A DNA stretch of 64,000 nucleotides. Origin: a virus (taxonomy: Duplodnaviria > Heunggongvirae > Uroviricota > Caudoviricetes). The notes beneath the pieces are model-generated. The model did not search any database. It was not told the DNA's origin and worked only from the letters and a program-made list of their open reading frames with translations. The translations under genes were made by a program, and so were the position numbers. Every line of letters starts with the position of its first letter. The stretch's first letter is position 1. The stretch is from positions 64,001-128,000 of IMG/VR virus record IMGVR_UViG_2799112923_000002, one strand, 5' to 3'. Shown here piece by piece: positions 59,728 to 64,000 of this stretch.

Positions 59728-60735
59728 CTATACATATTCTGCCGGACGATTGTCTTGTGCCTTTATTTCATTAAACACGTAACGTCCTAATGCTTTATAA
59801 TCTTTATCTAATTGAGATATAGCCGCTTTCTTTGCTTTTCTTAAGATTACTTCCGTACTCTTGCGACTAAATATTCTACAACCAGATTCTATTTCACCTT
59901 GTACTTCTCCATTAGAACCATAAATATATAATTTATTAACCTTTAATTCAGGATGTTGTTTTTCATCAAAATCATCCTCCTCTTCTTCAGGTTCTGCGTC
60001 TGGTTCATCATGTAAAGCAAGATTAGTATAAGTACCTTGTGGTATTTGCTCTGATTGATTTAACTCTATAACCCAGTAAATAGGTTCTGATTCTTCTTTT
60101 ATAAGTTTTTCAGAGAGCGGTTCTCCGTTATGTGCTGAAATAACAACTCCATCTTTATTTATAAAAAGTATTCTTAAAGCAATTGTTGTATCTTTCATTC
60201 AAAATGCTAGATGATTCTGAGGATTATCCGAATAATCAAATATTGCACCTTCATCAGAATCCATATCATCTACATTTTTAAGTCCGGTTTCTTTTTCTTC
60301 TTCTGAATATAGATATAAAAGTTTATATGTTTTATTTCCAATAGTTACTGGAACAATGTCAAGATCTGCTTCAAATTGGCCACCTTCTCCAAAAGTTTTA
60401 ATTCCGTTTTCTGATAGATAATCTTCAATCATTTCAATTATAAGATCAATCCTTCCAGAATTAATTAACTGCATAATATCTCCTCCTGCTCATTTAGATA
60501 GCTCTTCAACAATCTCTGGATGGCTTTGTAAAACATATAATATCTTTTGAATAGGATTACCAACTTGATCGATTACCGAATTAGCAGCAATGTTTTCTAA
60601 ATCGGATTTTTGTAAACCGTCTGACTTGATATCTGCCATAGCAATAGCTGCAGTAGAGCCGCCTTTACTTGAAGGATCTTCTTTTAAATCTTGAAGAAGA
60701 CTTAATAAAATTGCATTTATTGATTTATTATCCAT
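59728..60735 (-). CDS. DUF192-domain fusion protein, 335 aa (TGA=Trp)
   Basis: Three track ORFs in one frame. GLKNVDDMDSDEGAIFDY...AFW(TGA)MKDTTIALRILFINKDGVV fits the DUF192 pattern. Confidence 0.75.
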
Positions 60736-60736
60736 A

Positions 60737-61966
60737 TTATACCTCCTCAGCTAATTGTCCAGTATTATCTTGAGTATTTTCAAGAATCTCACTTACAAGA
60801 AGTTTTCCAGCTTCTATCATTGCTTCTTCAGATCCATCTTTCATTAATTCTTCAATCTTTTTTGTAAGTTCTAAACGAAGAATTAATTCTTCTTTTTCAA
60901 TTTCAGCTACTTGTTCTCCATTAGCGTCTACTACAGGAATACCTTTACGAGTAACATCTTCTAAATCAGGATTTACATCATTTAAATGGTGTAATCTTGC
61001 ATGAAGAGCTCCTTCAGGTAATAGATTTGTATCTGTTCCAATTACTCCACCTTTCTGTAATTTTCTTGCTTCTAATATTTTCTGTAATTCCTTTTTAGAT
61101 AGGATTTTCATTCCGTTCTTTCCAACAGCATACATTTGATAATTAGTTCCAGCGTAACGATTTAAATTCTGTTGAGCAATATCTCTTCCATAATCGGATT
61201 GTTTACGAAGACTATTTGTTCTTCCTATCTCGTTTACTACATCAACATTATCGTTAGATTCATCAATAAACTGATTCATCTTATTTCTTCCAATTCCAAA
61301 TAAAGTACGTTTCCCACTTATCTTATTAGCTGCATCAATATCTTTTTGTACACCAGAATATCCTGCTAATACAGATTCGCCTTCTGCATTAAGACCCTGC
61401 GCTTTATTTGTTTTTCCTGGAGAAAATGCTGCCATAACCAGACTATTACCAGGGATTGCATTCATCGCATTATTAAGAAATCTTGCACCACCAGAAACAC
61501 CAGCTCGACTACTTGCATCTTTATCGAGATCGTCAATATGAAATCCTGTAGCATCACCAATAGCATCTACAACTTTAGTTGCAGCGCCTATTGCCATAGC
61601 TATTGGATTTCCAGAATTAATTGCAGCAGAAGAAATACTATCTCTGATTCCAAGTGATTGAGCAGATACTGTATCATTCATTTGTGTAAAAGCTGGAGAA
61701 ATGGTATTTATCCCTTGAGCAATCGGACTTATAATATTGGAATAATTATTTAAACCTCCCTGTAACAAATTAAATCAATTATTAGATGTATTTTGTTTCG
61801 CTTGTTTTTGTTGTCCTGCTCTATAATCGGCTTCACCTGCTAAACCAGGTGCAATTTGTGCTACAGCTGTACTAATTAAAGGTGGCATGTTTTTCTTTTG
61901 AGCAGTAACTATTGCAGGAGGGCCATCTACTCTATATTTTCCATTATTTAAATTAGGATCTGCCAT
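60737..61966 (-). CDS. Putative virion protein, 409 aa (TGA=Trp)
   Basis: Two track ORFs joined; Gly/Ala-rich, with internal RKLQKGG. Confidence 0.75.
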
Positions 61967-61968
61967 AA

Positions 61969-64000
61969 CTAACTATAACTTATATTTTCAAATGTTGTAA
62001 CGCCATTAATTATGGCTAATCTATTAGGAATATTGGGGCCATTATAATAACGTAATCTAATTTTAATCCATTTATCTCTAAGTTTAGCGGATACAAATTC
62101 ATCCGATTCTTTAAAGATTTTAACATCTGGATCTTTCAAATTAGCGTTATATCTCAATGGTTCTATATTTGTATATCAATAATCCTCTTTATATTGTATA
62201 TTACCTCGTCTTCTTCCATATGTTTCAACGTTCTTGCAGATTTGTTTTATAAGTAATGTATATTCATCTAATACAGCATCATAATTTACACCTGCGTTAT
62301 AAAACATTGGTTTAAAATTAGTTATATCAAAATTATCTTTAGAGAATAGATCTGGTTGTTTTCTATACGGAATATCTTTTCCATATTTTCCATAAATCTC
62401 ATAATTATCGTGATATATTCTTGCTTTATTAAATAAATAGTCATCACCTATAAATTCAAATTCTATTTCTGTAGGTTGAACATTATTTGAAATAATAACT
62501 AAGTTTTCAAAAATTTTATGTAAACCTTGAGGTGTATTTACTACAAATTCGAATTCAAATGGATAATGTTTATTATATCAATAATTTGGAATAAATTGTG
62601 TATCTATTCCTGTTCTACCATGTCTATAAATTCCAAATTCATTATATGGATGTAATGGAATTGAATAAAATGTATTATTGATATTTCCAGAAAACAATGG
62701 AACTCAACTATATCTAGTTACTCACAATGCTTGTCTTTCATTATAGCAAAGATTTCATTCTTTTGAATCACTCTCATTTGTATGATAGAATGTAAACATT
62801 ATATCACCTTTGTAATTATTATAATGAGATTTAACATTTGTTACACCAAGACAAACATCTCGAGTCAATCCTAAATTAATATTATCATTTAAGAAACGTT
62901 GAAGTTTTAAATCAGATAACATTTCTAATCCGTTCTTATCTGTATATCTTCAAATTTTCTTTGCAGAAGTATCAACGCCATAAATTCCAATAGGGGTTCT
63001 AATTATAGAATCCTGCCACATAGAACCATAATCTTGAGATATAATAGACAATTGTTCTGGAAGAACACCATGCCCGTAAATATGAATTGTTTGTTCTGTA
63101 GTAGTTTGCATTAACGCCTTTTCATTTATAGGGATCATAGCCAATCCATGTTCAAACACACAGAATAAATTATTACCTCAAGAAACTAATTTAACAATAG
63201 CTCCATATTGTTTTGTATAATCGTGATAAGATGCTCCCTGAAAAACACGATATCCGTTTGTAAACGAATCATTAACACTTACATTACTGAACATAATTCT
63301 TGTTGAAAATTCATTTTTATCAAATGGAGTGTCTTGTTTAATTGTATTACGTTTTCTACCTACAGTGGCATTGTAACCATCATTTAAAAGATGCGAATCT
63401 TCTAATTTAGTTGCGGTAGATGCACCAATTAAAGGGTAAAAACTTCTAGCTGTTCCCATCAATGCCATCTCAGAAGTGTTAAATGTGTCTTCTGAGCGAA
63501 GTCCGAGATTAGAATTTGATAAGCATTTAAACGTAACTCAATGACCTAACGATACGGTATTTAAATCAGTAAGATTGATTTCATCTCATTGTGTGTAATC
63601 ATTTTCTTCTCCTTCTGGAATTTCGCCATATGCTACATTATTATATCCCCTATAATATTTTCTTCAACAATCTTCTTTTACTATCTTATCTGCAATAGGA
63701 GCGGTAGAATCAATAAAATTACGTAACATTCTAACTGTTACTGTGTTAGTGAAACAATCCCCTCTATAAACCTCTATATTTGATTCTTCTAATGGATGTC
63801 TATCAGATACTGCATAATATTCTGCATAATTGTTTACTCTTACAATTATATCGTTTCTAAAATTGTCATCGTGTTTGTTACGAATATTATATAAATAATT
63901 TGGTTGTACTCCGTGTTCTTTAGTATCAGAGATAGTTCCAATAAATGGAGTATATTTTCCTCTTACAATGTTATCTTCTGCGTAGTAATTAATATTGGAG
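61969..64000 (-). CDS. Tail stabilization/muzzle-like protein, C-terminal part (5'-partial)
   Basis: Frame is open from the window edge to TAG 61969 with TGA=Trp. YRGDCF, GVDTSAKKIW and FEFEFVVN...HKIFENL; position in the tail module. Confidence 0.65.

Noticed and set aside
1-64000. Widespread gene fragmentation suggesting pseudogenes or poor assembly
   Set aside because: Fragments stay in one frame and break only at TGA codons located at Trp-compatible positions; this is recoding. Only the helicase site at about 4676 is a true frame change.
1-64000. TAG recoding (Gln) or TGA=Gly
   Set aside because: TAG ends genes correctly (20902, 25054, 59728, 61969), and conserved motifs need Trp rather than Gly at TGA sites.
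1-64000. tRNA, rRNA, CRISPR array, integrase, reverse transcriptase or DGR, inteins
   Set aside because: No cloverleaf or T-loop signature in the intergenic gaps, no spaced repeats, no matching motifs, and PolB, DnaB and NrdD lengths leave no room for inteins. A computational tRNA scan was not run.

Overview
AT-rich 64-kb segment of a crAss-like (Crassvirales) phage genome. The promoters follow the Bacteroidota TTTG-N20-TAnnTTTG pattern. TGA is read as Trp, so the supplied ORF track fragments most genes; coordinates here were rebuilt by hand with only TAA/TAG as stops. The + strand (1 to about 26.9 kb) carries replication and nucleotide-metabolism genes: PolB, SF2 helicase, DnaB-like helicase, primase, SSB-like proteins, resolvase, exonuclease, nrdD split by a group I intron with an HNH-AP2 endonuclease, nrdG, an FTR-like protein, dUTPase, ligase, ThyX and dNMP kinase. 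The - strand (about 27 to 64 kb) carries virion genes: a partial tail stabilization protein, a DUF192 fusion, KxQxGG-motif proteins, and three giant proteins (3248 aa with an SF1 helicase; 3542 aa virion RNA polymerase with a zincin; 1624 aa with a PD-(D/E)XK nuclease). The most notable signals are a +1 frameshift (UUU-CGG) inside the helicase Walker A motif, TGA-free gene islands, a promoter/terminator-bounded short antisense transcript with a TGA-containing leader ORF, a structured 5' leader, and shared short protein motifs. No tRNA, rRNA or CRISPR array was seen. All calls come from manual reading; no database search was run.
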